A stretch of DNA of 64,000 nt from Coriobacteriaceae bacterium (lineage in GTDB: Bacteria; Actinomycetota; Coriobacteriia; Coriobacteriales; Coriobacteriaceae). The DNA lies in the NCBI GenBank assembly GCA_902835305.1, contig CADFMD010000002.1:63374-127373 (forward strand), written 5' to 3'. The notes under the pieces were generated by a model. That model had not been told where the DNA came from. It worked only from the letters and a program-made list of their open reading frames with translations, and did not search any database. Below, one piece after another: positions 51,192 through 61,317 of the stretch. Numbering within the stretch: the first letter of the stretch is position 1; each line of letters begins with the position of its first letter. The translations under genes were made by a program, and so were the position numbers.

Positions 51192-53402
51192 ATGGGTCCT
51201 CGCCAACGACAGGGACGCAGCCGTTCAAAGACGCATGCTCTGCCCATAATCCTGCTCTCGTTTTTGGGCTTTTTGCTTATCGCGGGCGTGGCATTTGGCA
51301 TCGGCATGGTCGGCAACGTCAACCGCTGGCTGTCCGATCTGCCCGACTACACCGACGCCAACGCGTATCTGGTGAGCGAGCCCACCGAGATCGTCGACTG
51401 CAACGGCAACAAGATTGCGAGCTTCTACACGCAAAACCGCAAGTCTATCACCAAGGACGAGGTCTCCCCCTACGTGCTGCAGGGCACCGTTGACGTCGAG
51501 GACGAGCGCTTCTACGAGCACGGCGGTATCGACCTGTGGGGTATCGCGCGCGCTGCGGTGGCAACCCTCGGCGGCGGTCACGAAGGCGCCTCGACTATCA
51601 CCCAGCAGCTGGTGCGCAACACCATCCTGCAGGAGGAGCAGTTCGACTCGACCATCGAGCGTAAGGTGCGCGAGGCTTACATCGCCGTCAAGATGGAGGA
51701 TATGTACTCCAAAGACGAGATCCTCATGATGTACCTCAACACCATCTATTACGGCCACGGCGCCTACGGTATCGAGGCCGCCGCCGAGACCTACCTATCC
51801 AAGAGCGCCGCCGACCTCACCCTGAGCGAAGCCGCGCTGTTGATCGGCCTTCCCAACTCGCCCTCGCAGTACGACCCCACGGTCAACCCCGACCTGGCGC
51901 TGTCCCGTCGCAACAAGGTCCTCGACAACATGTTGCGCCTGGGCCACATCACGCAGGAGGAGCACGATGCCGCACAGGCCGAGCCCATCACCCTCAACGT
52001 GACCGAGATTTCGGGCAGCGGCGTCGACGTATACTCGCAGCCCTACTTTGTCGCCTATGTTAAGCAGCTGCTGGAGCAGGAGTTCTCGACCGACGTGCTC
52101 TTTAAGGGCGGTCTGACCGTCAAGACCACCATCGATCCCACGATGCAGCAGGTGGCAGAGAATGCCGTTCGCGAGCAGCTCGACACGCTCTCGCTCGACG
52201 GCCTGGACATGGGCATGGTCGTCGTCGACCCCAAGACCGGCTACATCAAGTGCATGGTGGGCGGCTACGACTACAACGCCGACGAGAACCACGTAAACCA
52301 TGCCACGGCCAAGCGTCCCGTCGGCTCCACCTTTAAGGCCTTTACGCTGGCAACTGCCATCCAAAACGGCATGAACCCCAACGTCACCCTCAACTGCAAC
52401 TCGCCGCTCAAGGCCAAGGGCACCACGACCGAGGTCCAAAACTACGCCAACCATAGCTATGGCAACATCACGCTTAAGCAGGCGACGGCATACTCCTCCA
52501 ACACCGGCTACATCCAGGTGGCGGAAGCCGTCGGCAACAGCAAGATCATCTCGCTCGTCAAAAAGCTCGGCATCGATCCCGCCAAGGACAACATCGAGGA
52601 CGTTCCCGTCATGACGCTCGGCACCGGCTCGATCTCGCCGCTCGAGATGGCCGCCGCCTACGCAACGTTTGCCAATGGCGGCTACTATCGCCAGCCGATC
52701 GCCATCACCGAGATTGACTCTCGTACCGGCTCGGTGCTGTACCAGCACACTGACAATCCCTCACAGGTGCTTACCGAGGGCGAGGCCGCCGCGGTCACCG
52801 ATGTTCTGTCCGGCGTCATGCAGGGCGGCGGTACGGGCGCTGCCGGTGCCCTAAGCGTCAACCAGCCCTATGCCGGCAAGACGGGCACCACCGACAACAC
52901 CACCAACCTGTGGTTCTGCGGCTATACCCCGCAGCTGGCGTGCGCCCTGTGGACCGGCTATTCCGCGGGCGAGATCCCCATCCAAAAGTACGGCACGGAC
53001 CTGCTGGGCGACAGCACCAACCTGCCTGTCTTTAAGCGGTTTATGAACACCGTTCTGACCGGTACCGAGCGCGAGGAGTTTGCGACCGGAACGGCGCCCA
53101 CCTACAAGAACAACAGCGTCTGGAAGTTCTACGGCACCAACAACACCAAGAAGTCGGAGAACGACGACAAGGACAAGGACGAAGAGGAAGAGGAAACCAC
53201 CACAACGACTACCACGACGACCACGACCACCGAGACCACGGGCGGCGACACCACCGGCGGCACCGGTACGACCGGTGGCTCGACGGGTGGCTCCACTGGT
53301 GGTTCGACCGGCGGCGATGGCGGCACGCCTACGCCTACGCCTACGCCTACGCCTACGCCCACTCCCGACCCCTCGCCCACGCCTGACGATACGGTCGGCT
53401 AA
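51192..53402 (+). CDS. Class A penicillin-binding protein (transglycosylase/transpeptidase) with a Thr/Gly/Pro-rich C-terminal tail
   Basis: GT51 motifs (EDERFYEHGGID, RKVRE), transpeptidase STFK and KTGT; tail encoded partly by an (ACGCCT)5 hexanucleotide repeat at ~53326-53360; RBS GGAGG. Confidence 0.85.
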   Translation: MGPRQRQGRSRSKTHALPIILLSFLGFLLIAGVAFGIGMVGNVNRWLSDLPDYTDANAYLVSEPTEIVDCNGNKIASFYTQNRKSITKDEVSPYVLQGTVDVEDERFYEHGGIDLWGIARAAVATLGGGHEGASTITQQLVRNTILQEEQFDSTIERKVREAYIAVKMEDMYSKDEILMMYLNTIYYGHGAYGIEAAAETYLSKSAADLTLSEAALLIGLPNSPSQYDPTVNPDLALSRRNKVLDNMLRLGHITQEEHDAAQAEPITLNVTEISGSGVDVYSQPYFVAYVKQLLEQEFSTDVLFKGGLTVKTTIDPTMQQVAENAVREQLDTLSLDGLDMGMVVVDPKTGYIKCMVGGYDYNADENHVNHATAKRPVGSTFKAFTLATAIQNGMNPNVTLNCNSPLKAKGTTTEVQNYANHSYGNITLKQATAYSSNTGYIQVAEAVGNSKIISLVKKLGIDPAKDNIEDVPVMTLGTGSISPLEMAAAYATFANGGYYRQPIAITEIDSRTGSVLYQHTDNPSQVLTEGEAAAVTDVLSGVMQGGGTGAAGALSVNQPYAGKTGTTDNTTNLWFCGYTPQLACALWTGYSAGEIPIQKYGTDLLGDSTNLPVFKRFMNTVLTGTEREEFATGTAPTYKNNSVWKFYGTNNTKKSENDDKDKDEEEEETTTTTTTTTTTTETTGGDTTGGTGTTGGSTGGSTGGSTGGDGGTPTPTPTPTPTPTPDPSPTPDDTVG

Positions 53403-53426
53403 GAAGTACGCGACTAAAGCCAACAA

Positions 53427-53465
53427 GGCCCCGAGCAGCTTATTGAACTGCTCGGGGCCTTTTAG
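53427..53465. terminator. Bidirectional intrinsic terminator between the PBP gene and argR
   Basis: GGCCCCGAGCAGcttattgaaCTGCTCGGGGCCttttag. Confidence 0.75.
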
Positions 53466-53586
53466 TTTGAAGCGACCTGGTGGGCGGTCTTTATACCGGC
53501 AAACAAAAAGGGGTACCGACCAACGTCGATGCCCCTTACAAGCCACTATGTCAGCGCACACAATGCCGAGCGCACGACCCGCACAC

Positions 53587-54024
53587 CTACTTGCGAGAAT
53601 TGCTCAACTTATTGATCAGCGCCTCGAGACGCTCGCCGTCCTCGGCCGTCTGGGCAATAACCAAAATCGTATCGTTGCCGGCAAGCGAGCCAAGCACATC
53701 GGGTAACTCTGCCGCATCAACGGCGGCGGCGATGCCGGAAGCCGTGCCAGGCTGAGCCTTGATCATAACCAGATTATCAGTACGCAGAACGCCCGTTACG
53801 AGCTCGGAAACCATACGCTGCAGGTGCAGGTCCTCTGCCAGAACATAGATGCCCTCAGGGAGCTTACGCAGCCCCATATCGGCAATATCGCGAGAGACAG
53901 TCGCCTGCGTGCAATCAAAGCCCATAGCACGGAGCTCATCGACCAGCACGCGCTGCGTGCGGACATCCTTATTGCGCACAATATCTCTAATGGCATCCTG
54001 GCGCCCATTGCGTTTTTTAGCCAT
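53587..54024 (-). CDS. argR: Arginine repressor
   Basis: Winged-helix N-terminal domain (QATVSRDI) and C-terminal oligomerisation domain; ~145 aa. Confidence 0.85.
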   Translation of the reverse strand: MAKKRNGRQDAIRDIVRNKDVRTQRVLVDELRAMGFDCTQATVSRDIADMGLRKLPEGIYVLAEDLHLQRMVSELVTGVLRTDNLVMIKAQPGTASGIAAAVDAAELPDVLGSLAGNDTILVIAQTAEDGERLEALINKLSNSRK

Positions 54025-54156
54025 ACAAACCCTCTCTCCAAAAGATGGCGGAGACAATCAATCAGTGATTGAATAGTTTAACGCTATTTGAAGGCTTTTG
54101 TGTATAAGAACGCATTTCGAAACAATTCTATGCAAGTTTGTTTCGTAATGAGCCGT

Positions 54157-55197
54157 TTAGGCGGTTTTTGCGCCCGTCCGGTTAAGAAAAGCTGCCAGAT
54201 GCGTACACATCACGCAGCGCGCGGGCTTGGCGCTGGCGATCGGCCCAAACAACAGACCGAGTCCCCGATGGTTATCCTTGAGCGCGGCGACCATCTGACG
54301 GGTTCGAGGCGCCTCGAGCATATCACGCATGCGGGCGGAACGCTCGATTGACGACACCCCATGCGGGCTCAGACACAAATTCTCGATGCAGGCGACCAGT
54401 CCGGCAAAGTAGAACTTTTGGCTTGCCAGCTTGAGCCGACCACCGCTATCTGCTTCCGAGAGTGAGTCCGCAAGCTCGTCGAGCGCTCGAGTGTCATCGG
54501 ATATCCTGGCATACATGGTGGGATCAAAGGCATCTGTAAGCTTAGGTGCCGCCGCGTGGAAACAAGCGTCGCCGCAGCCGGACACGAATCGTGCCTGCGA
54601 GAGCGCATAAGCCATAAACTCAACCGTACGGTACGCCTTGCCGCGCGACAGGCATGCCTCAAACAGCGGACGGCTATACATCACGCCAGAGGTCTGAGCG
54701 ACTAGGCCGCCCAAAATCAACTGGGGCAGCCCAGTCACCATAGAAGACTCGTCTTCTATGGCAATAGAGGCAGCATCCAAGACGCGCGAATGACGCTCGC
54801 GATGCGCATCGTATCGATCGAGCGACACCGAGGGGAGCACAATGTCTGCCGCAGTATCGCACGCGATATCGACCATCTTGGAAAGGGCCTGCGGAGCAAA
54901 CCACTCATCGGCGTTCATGGCGATGATTTGAGAGCCGCGCGAGGCATCAAAACCGGCACGAAGACAAGCGCCGCGCTTCGCGTCCTCGACGTCAATCAAA
55001 TCAATATGGATGTCCCTGTCGGCAGCAACTTGAAGCGAATGGCGCACACCGGGCGCAGCATCGCGGCAGACAACGACAATCTGCAAATCGTAGAGGTCTT
55101 GGTTCTGGATACTCTCGAGCGCACGCATCGCATAGCTGGGCGAACCTTCTACCACAAGGATCACCGAAAGTCGCGGATGCGAACCACGTCGAACCAA
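54157..55197 (-). CDS. Family-2 glycosyltransferase
   Basis: N-terminal LSVILVVEGSPSYAMRALESIQNQ typical of a GT-A fold; 346 aa. Confidence 0.65.
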   Translation of the reverse strand: MVRRGSHPRLSVILVVEGSPSYAMRALESIQNQDLYDLQIVVVCRDAAPGVRHSLQVAADRDIHIDLIDVEDAKRGACLRAGFDASRGSQIIAMNADEWFAPQALSKMVDIACDTAADIVLPSVSLDRYDAHRERHSRVLDAASIAIEDESSMVTGLPQLILGGLVAQTSGVMYSRPLFEACLSRGKAYRTVEFMAYALSQARFVSGCGDACFHAAAPKLTDAFDPTMYARISDDTRALDELADSLSEADSGGRLKLASQKFYFAGLVACIENLCLSPHGVSSIERSARMRDMLEAPRTRQMVAALKDNHRGLGLLFGPIASAKPARCVMCTHLAAFLNRTGAKTA

Positions 55198-55358
55198 ATT
55201 ATCCGTCCTCTCGACAGCAATGAATCAAACCGTGGTTCATGGTACACCCCGGCAATAAAAGCAATGAGACACCGGTTGCATTGCACGCCAAGAACAGATG
55301 TTGCACACGCGCAGCCCACAGATGACAGGTGTCGACGCACGACACGTCGAGCCCTCCC

Positions 55359-56198
55359 CTAGTCGAGCACGACAAGCTCGGCGGGATCGTAATCCACGCC
55401 CATAAACGCAAGGCCGCAGGCAGGAGCCGTGGGGCCCGCAGCGGTACGGTCGCAAGCATCGATAACCTCGCGCATCCACTCGGGTTCACGGCGATGCATG
55501 CCAATCTCGACAAGCGTGCCCACGATCGTACGGACCATCGAATGCAGAAACGCATTGCCCTCGATGGTAAACGTCAGGATGTCCTCGCCAAACGCAACCT
55601 CATGGCCAAATTCGGCACGCATCACGCAGCGATGCGTGGGTTTGCCAACGGCCGAGGCAACCTTGCAAAAGCTTTTAAAGTCCTGCTCGCCCAGCAGCGC
55701 GGGGCAGGCAGAAGACATAGCCTCAACATCCAAGGGATAGCGATGCCACCACACGGCACCGCGGGACAGCACGGGGCGCGCATCGCGATCGGCAATACGG
55801 TATGTATACGTACGGGAATGCGCGTCAAAGCGTGCAGAAAAGCCTTTACGGGCCCTGTAGACCTCGTTTATGGCGATATCTTTGGGCAGCAGGGCATCCA
55901 TGGCCCGCAGCCACCTACGGCGCGTCAGAGCGAGCTCAGCGTCCGTAACGGGCACGCTGATGTACTGAGCCACGGCATGCACGCCGGCATCGGTACGCCC
56001 CGCGCACGTCAGATCGATCGGGCGGCGAAGCAGCGTCTCGATGGCTCGACGTAGCTCACCAGCAACCGTCGTCTGTCCCGGCTGCTCGGCAAATCCGCTA
56101 TACGACGAGCCATCATAGGCCACACGAAATACGAGTGTGGCGTCAAGCTCGGAAATCGAATTGAAATCAGACGGCGCAGTCATGGGCGCTCCCAACAA
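55359..56198 (-). CDS. truA: tRNA pseudouridine(38-40) synthase
   Basis: VAYDGSSYSGF..GRTDAGVHA catalytic Asp motif. Confidence 0.9.
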   Translation of the reverse strand: MLGAPMTAPSDFNSISELDATLVFRVAYDGSSYSGFAEQPGQTTVAGELRRAIETLLRRPIDLTCAGRTDAGVHAVAQYISVPVTDAELALTRRRWLRAMDALLPKDIAINEVYRARKGFSARFDAHSRTYTYRIADRDARPVLSRGAVWWHRYPLDVEAMSSACPALLGEQDFKSFCKVASAVGKPTHRCVMRAEFGHEVAFGEDILTFTIEGNAFLHSMVRTIVGTLVEIGMHRREPEWMREVIDACDRTAAGPTAPACGLAFMGVDYDPAELVVLD

Positions 56199-56274
56199 AC
56201 AAGCAACGGTATCGCGACAAAAAAGAGGGGTACGCGAACGTACCCCTCGAATATAGCCTATGCAGACGGAAAGT

Positions 56275-56742
56275 CTACTCAGCGGTCTCCTCAGCAGGAG
56301 CTTCCTCGACGGCCTCGACCTTCTTGGGAGCAGCGGCCTTCTTGGGGGCCGGAGCAGCCTTCTTGGCCTTAGGCGTGCAAGGCTCGGTGACGAGCTCCAT
56401 GATAACGATGGGAGCGTTGTCGCCCTTGCGGTTGCCGAGCTTCATGATGCGGGTGTAACCGCCGTTGCGGTCCTGCCACATGCCCTGGGCAGCCTTGTCG
56501 AAGATCTCGGCAACGAGCTGCTTATCGCCGAGCTTGGCGATAGCCAGACGACGAGAGTGCAGGTCGCCTTTCTTGGCCCAAGTGATGATCGGGTCGACGA
56601 CCGAACGCAGCGCCTTAGCGCGGGTCTCGGTGGTCTTGATGCGGTCGTTCTCGAAGAGGGCCTTAGCAAGGCTCTTCTTCATGGCCTTGGTGTGGCTCGC
56701 ATCGGTGCCGAGCTTCAGGCCCTTCTTAACGTTGTGACGCAT
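56275..56742 (-). CDS. rplQ: 50S ribosomal protein L17 with an Ala/Lys/Pro-rich C-terminal tail
   Basis: L17 core; tail PKAKKAAPAPKKAAAPKK. Confidence 0.9.
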   Translation of the reverse strand: MRHNVKKGLKLGTDASHTKAMKKSLAKALFENDRIKTTETRAKALRSVVDPIITWAKKGDLHSRRLAIAKLGDKQLVAEIFDKAAQGMWQDRNGGYTRIMKLGNRKGDNAPIVIMELVTEPCTPKAKKAAPAPKKAAAPKKVEAVEEAPAEETAE

Positions 56743-56772
56743 GGTCTAGTTTCTCCTCAAATATGCGAAGCA

Positions 56773-57714
56773 TTAAGCCTTCAGGCTCAGGCCCATGGAC
56801 TCAAGCTTGTCCTTCACTTCCTCGATCGACTTAACACCGAAGTTACGGATGTTGAGCAGATCGTTCTCCGAGAACTCAACGAGCTGACGGACCGAGTGAA
56901 TGCTGGCGCGCTTAAGGCAGTTGTAGGAACGGACAGAAAGGTCCAGATCCTCGATCTGCTTGTCCAGCTCGGCGTTGTCGTTGGTGACCTCGGGAGCGAA
57001 GATCGAAGCCTCCTCCTCGACCTCGGGGGTCTCGGCAAGGTTCATAAAGGCAGCCATATGCTGGTTGATGATATTGGCAGCCTGGACCACGGCGTCGCGC
57101 GGAGCGATGGAGCCGTTGGTCTCGATCTCGAGGACAAGGCGGTCGTAGTCGGTGTGCTGACCGACACGGCAAGCCTCAACGAGCTTGGCGCAACGGGACA
57201 CCGGCGAGTACAGCGAGTCGACGTGGATCACACCGATGGGATCGTTGTCGCGCTTGTTAGCCTCGCCAGAGACATAGCCGCGGCCATAGCCGATGCGCAT
57301 GCTCATGGTGAGATGGCCGCCCTCGGTGAGCGTAGCGATGTGCTGCTCGGGGTTGACCAGCTCAAACTCGGACGGAATAAAGAAGTCCGCACCGGTGACC
57401 TCGCAGGGGCCGTCAACCGAGATGGTGGCGGTCGCCTCGTCGGTCGTGCCGAGAGCCCTGAAGACAAGACCCTTGACATTCAGGACGATGTCGGTGACAT
57501 CCTCGACCATGTTAGGGATGGTCATGAACTCGTGCTGTGCACCATCGATCTGAATAGCCTCGACGGCGGCACCCTCGAGCGAGGACAGAAGTACGCGACG
57601 AAGGGAGTTACCCAGCGTATCGCCGTAGCCACGCTCGAGCGGCTCGACGGAGACACGAGCAGACGTCTCGTTGATCTCTTCGACCTGAACCTGAGGCCTA
57701 ATGAATTCTGACAT
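56773..57714 (-). CDS. rpoA: DNA-directed RNA polymerase alpha subunit
   Basis: 313 aa; NTD and CTD consensus. Confidence 0.95.
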   Translation of the reverse strand: MSEFIRPQVQVEEINETSARVSVEPLERGYGDTLGNSLRRVLLSSLEGAAVEAIQIDGAQHEFMTIPNMVEDVTDIVLNVKGLVFRALGTTDEATATISVDGPCEVTGADFFIPSEFELVNPEQHIATLTEGGHLTMSMRIGYGRGYVSGEANKRDNDPIGVIHVDSLYSPVSRCAKLVEACRVGQHTDYDRLVLEIETNGSIAPRDAVVQAANIINQHMAAFMNLAETPEVEEEASIFAPEVTNDNAELDKQIEDLDLSVRSYNCLKRASIHSVRQLVEFSENDLLNIRNFGVKSIEEVKDKLESMGLSLKA

Positions 57715-57746
57715 GTATTACCTCCAGCCTCAGCAGCCCGGATGGA

Positions 57747-58343
57747 CTACTTAGAGTAGAGCTCGACGATGAGCTGCTCGTTGATATCACCGCTGATCTG
57801 CTCACGCGTCGGCAGAGCGAGCACGTTACCAGACAGCTTCTCGATATCGACCTCGAGCCAGCCAGGGACCTCAAAGCGCTCGGAGGAAATCAGAGCCTCC
57901 TTGATGGGGAGGAGGTCACGGAACTTCTCGCCGACAGCGACGACGTCGCCGGCCTTGACGCGGTAGGACGGGATGTCCACGCGCTTGCCGTTCACGGTGA
58001 AGTGACCGTGACGGACGGACTGACGAGCCTCTTTGCGGGTGCGGGCGAAGCCAAGACGGAAGACGACGTTGTCGAGGCGAGACTCAAGGATGATCATGAG
58101 GTTCTCACCGGTGACGCCGTTCATCTTGCGGGCCTTGTTGAAGTAGCCGTGGAACTGCTTCTCCAGAACGCCATAGATGAACTTGACCTTCTGCTTCTCG
58201 CGCAGCTGCATGCCGTACTCAGATTCCTTGCGACGGCGCTTGGGCTGACGGATAGATTCCTTCTTGCTGCTGTAACCGAGCTCAGCGGGATCGATCCCGA
58301 GCTGACGGCAGCGCTTAAGAACAGGAGTCCTGTCGATTGCCAT
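57747..58343 (-). CDS. rpsD: 30S ribosomal protein S4
   Basis: 198 aa; S4 domain. Confidence 0.95.
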   Translation of the reverse strand: MAIDRTPVLKRCRQLGIDPAELGYSSKKESIRQPKRRRKESEYGMQLREKQKVKFIYGVLEKQFHGYFNKARKMNGVTGENLMIILESRLDNVVFRLGFARTRKEARQSVRHGHFTVNGKRVDIPSYRVKAGDVVAVGEKFRDLLPIKEALISSERFEVPGWLEVDIEKLSGNVLALPTREQISGDINEQLIVELYSK

Positions 58344-58362
58344 ATTGATACGATCCTTTCAG

Positions 58363-58767
58363 TTACACGCGGCGACGCTTCTTGGGGCGGCAGCCGTTGT
58401 GCGGGATGGGGGTCTTGTCCTGGATGCTCGAGACCTCGAGGCCAGCAGCCTGGAGGGAGCGGATGGCGGTCTCACGACCGGAGCCGGGGCCCTTGACGAA
58501 GACGGAAACCTTCTTCATACCGTGCTCCATGGCCTGCTTGGCAGCAGCCTCGGCAGCCATCTGGGCAGCGAACGGCGTGGACTTACGGGAGCCCTTGAAG
58601 CCCACCTGGCCAGCCGACTTCCAGGAAATGACGTTGCCCTGGGGATCGGTGATCGAAACGATCGTGTTGTTGAACGTAGAACGAATGTGAGCCTGGCCCA
58701 CGGAAATGTTCTTACGGTCCGCGCGCTTCAGACGGGCAGCGCGAACGTTCTTCTTAGCAGTAGCCAT
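58363..58767 (-). CDS. rpsK: 30S ribosomal protein S11
   Basis: 134 aa consensus. Confidence 0.95.
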   Translation of the reverse strand: MATAKKNVRAARLKRADRKNISVGQAHIRSTFNNTIVSITDPQGNVISWKSAGQVGFKGSRKSTPFAAQMAAEAAAKQAMEHGMKKVSVFVKGPGSGRETAIRSLQAAGLEVSSIQDKTPIPHNGCRPKKRRRV

Positions 58768-58781
58768 CTATCTAGCGCTCC

Positions 58782-59156
58782 TTATTTCTTCTTCTTAGCA
58801 CCGATCTGACGCTTCGGGCCCTTGCGGGTACGAGCGTTAGTGTGGGTGCGCTGGCCGCGGACCGGGAGGCCCTTGCGGTGACGAAGGCCGCGGTTGCAGC
58901 CGATGTCCATAAGGCGCTTGACGTTCTGGTTGCGCTCACGGCGGAGGTCACCCTCAACCATGATCTGGTTCTTATCGATATAATCGCGGATGGCGTTAAC
59001 CTCATCCTCGGTGAGGTCCTTAACGCGCGTATCCACGTTAACGTTGCACTCGACGCAGATCTTCGTCGCAGTGGTGCGGCCGATGCCGTAAATGTAGGTC
59101 AGACCGATCTCAACGCGCTTCTCACGCGGGAGGTCGACACCATTAATACGGGCCAA
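58782..59156 (-). CDS. rpsM: 30S ribosomal protein S13
   Basis: 124 aa consensus. Confidence 0.95.
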   Translation of the reverse strand: MARINGVDLPREKRVEIGLTYIYGIGRTTATKICVECNVNVDTRVKDLTEDEVNAIRDYIDKNQIMVEGDLRRERNQNVKRLMDIGCNRGLRHRKGLPVRGQRTHTNARTRKGPKRQIGAKKKK

Positions 59157-59170
59157 CGTAGTCTCCTCTC

Positions 59171-59284
59171 TTAACCCTGACGCTGCTTATGACGGGGGTT
59201 CTCGCAAATGACGAGGACCTTGCCATGGCGCCTAATGATTTTGCACTTATCGCACATCTTCTTGACCGAAGGACGTACCTTCAT
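59171..59284 (-). CDS. rpmJ: 50S ribosomal protein L36 (37 aa), absent from the ORF track
   Basis: Hand translation [37 protein letters not shown]. Confidence 0.9.
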   Translation of the reverse strand: MKVRPSVKKMCDKCKIIRRHGKVLVICENPRHKQRQG

Positions 59285-59434
59285 CGTTCTTCCTTTCGGT
59301 AGCGCTCAAACTACTTCCCTACTATCTACTCGCCCAGCCGCAGGCGTTTAAAACTATGGCTGGTCTTCACACACAATCCGACCGTAGGTTGAGCTAAGCC
59401 TGCAGCCGGAAATGGAGTGCGTGTATGCGTGCCG

Positions 59435-59659
59435 CTATTTGTAGCGATAGGTGATGCGGCCGCGGGTCAGGTCGTACGGGGAAAGCTCCACGACAACCCT
59501 GTCACCGGGGAGAATACGGATGTAATTCATTCGGATCTTGCCAGAAATGTTGCACAGAACCGAATGACCGTTCTCGAGCTCGACCTTAAACATGGCGTTG
59601 GGCAGCGGTTCCTTTACCGTACCCTCGAGCTCAATTGCGTCTTCCTTCTTCACAAGCAA
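59435..59659 (-). CDS. infA: Translation initiation factor IF-1
   Basis: S1-like fold; [16 protein letters not shown].. Confidence 0.9.
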   Translation of the reverse strand: MLVKKEDAIELEGTVKEPLPNAMFKVELENGHSVLCNISGKIRMNYIRILPGDRVVVELSPYDLTRGRITYRYK

Positions 59660-59767
59660 TCATCTTTCTCTAGAAAACGACAGCGATTGAGTATTCTACA
59701 ATACGCATGCACGTATCGTAGTATCTTCGTAATGGCTCCACAACTAAGCGGAACTTGTTACATTTGA

Positions 59768-59896
59768 GAAATGTAAAACAAAGCCGTTCCCTGATGCCCA
59801 AGATCGCCTTGAAATGAGAAGGCATAGACCTTGGGGTCATGCCTTCGAAATTGAAAGGCGAGGTTGGGCATCAGGGGGCGGCGACTTTTACATTTC
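59768..59896. ncRNA. Structured element, copy B, with an extra outer stem (GAAATGTAAAA/TTTTACATTTC); sits between map and infA
   Basis: Outer CCTGATGCCCAA/TTGGGCATCAGG, middle GCCTTGAAA/TTGAAAGGC, inner AAGGCAT/ATGCCTT; ~80% identical to copy A with compensatory stem changes. Confidence 0.55.
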
Positions 59897-60676
59897 ACCG
59901 CCTTGCAAGGAACACCAAGCACCCTGGGCATCCGTGGTGAGAATCACCGGACCGTCATTGGTAATGGCGACGGTGTTCTCGTAGTGTGCGGCGGGCAGGT
60001 GGTCGTTGGTCGTAACAATCCAACCGTCGGAGCCCGTGCTCACATGGTTGGAACCCATCGTAACCATCGGCTCGATGGCAATGACCATGCCGGCCTGGAG
60101 GCGAACGCCCCTCCCCTTCTTTCCATAGTTAGGAACGTTGGGGTCCTCGTGCATCACGCGGCCAATGCCATGGCCCACATAGTCACGAAGCACGCCGTAA
60201 CCGTGAGACTCGGCGAGGGACTGAACGGCGTAACCAACATCCCCGATATGGTTACCGGGAACAGCCTGCTCGATGGCAGCCTTAAGGCAATCGCGCGTGA
60301 CCTCGCACAGGGCCTTGGCCTCGGGCGTGGGTGTGCCGACAAAAAACGTCCAAGCGTTATCGCCAACCCAACCGTCGACAACGGCTCCCGTATCGATGGA
60401 GATGATATCGCCATCGCGCAGGATCATGTCGGGGTTGGGAATACCGTGGACCACGGCATCGTTAATCGATGCGCAAATGGTACCGGGGAACCCGCCGTAA
60501 CCCTTAAAGGCCGGGGTGCCGCCATGCATACGGATAATCTGCTCCGCGAGCTGATCGAGCTCAAAGGTCGAAACACCAGGGCGCACCATGGCTCCAACGT
60601 GGCGGAGCGCCATCTTAGATAGCGCTCCTGCCTTCTTCATCTGCTCGATTTGCGTTGCAGACTTAATCTTGATCAT
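59888..60676 (-). CDS. map: Methionine aminopeptidase type I
   Basis: 262 aa consensus. Confidence 0.9.
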   Translation of the reverse strand: MIKIKSATQIEQMKKAGALSKMALRHVGAMVRPGVSTFELDQLAEQIIRMHGGTPAFKGYGGFPGTICASINDAVVHGIPNPDMILRDGDIISIDTGAVVDGWVGDNAWTFFVGTPTPEAKALCEVTRDCLKAAIEQAVPGNHIGDVGYAVQSLAESHGYGVLRDYVGHGIGRVMHEDPNVPNYGKKGRGVRLQAGMVIAIEPMVTMGSNHVSTGSDGWIVTTNDHLPAAHYENTVAITNDGPVILTTDAQGAWCSLQGGEM

Positions 60677-61305
60677 AGACCAAGAGCCTCTTTGACATCC
60701 CCGTACACGGTCTCGCGAGCCTGGTCACCGTTGACCGACTTGAGCAGACCCTGGCCACGATAGTAGTCGACGAGCGGGCTCGTGGACTTCTCGTAGACGT
60801 CGAGACGGTTCTTGATGGTCTCGGGCTTGTCGTCGTCGCGCTGATACATCTCGCCGGCGCACTTGGGGCAGGTAGCATCGGCAGCGGTGCCGGTGTAACC
60901 GCAGGCGCGGCAGGTGCGACGCGAAGACAGACGATCGATGATGACCTCGGGGGCCACGTCGACCAGAAGGGCGCAGTCGATCTCGCGACCCATGGCGGAG
61001 AGCTCGGAATCGAGCGTCACAGCCTGGGCGGTGTTGCGCGGGAAGCCGTCGAGGATGAAGCCCTGCTGGGCGTCATCGGCAGCAAGGCGCTCCTTGACAA
61101 GGTCGATCACGAGCTGGTCGGGAACGAGCTCGCCAGCGTCCATGTACTTCTTAGCCTGAATACCAAGCTCGGTGCCACCCTTGACGGCAGCACGCAGCAG
61201 GTCGCCCGTGGAAATGTGAGCGACGCCAAACTCGGCGACGAGCTCCTGTGCGACGGTGCCCTTACCGGCACCCGGAGCTCCGAGCAATACGAGGTTCATG
61301 AGCAA
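60673..61305 (-). CDS. adk: Adenylate kinase
   Basis: GAPGAGKGT P-loop; lid with a CxxC...CxxC zinc site. Confidence 0.95.
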   Translation of the reverse strand: MLMNLVLLGAPGAGKGTVAQELVAEFGVAHISTGDLLRAAVKGGTELGIQAKKYMDAGELVPDQLVIDLVKERLAADDAQQGFILDGFPRNTAQAVTLDSELSAMGREIDCALLVDVAPEVIIDRLSSRRTCRACGYTGTAADATCPKCAGEMYQRDDDKPETIKNRLDVYEKSTSPLVDYYRGQGLLKSVNGDQARETVYGDVKEALGL

Positions 61306-61317
61306 TCCTCCTCTAGC

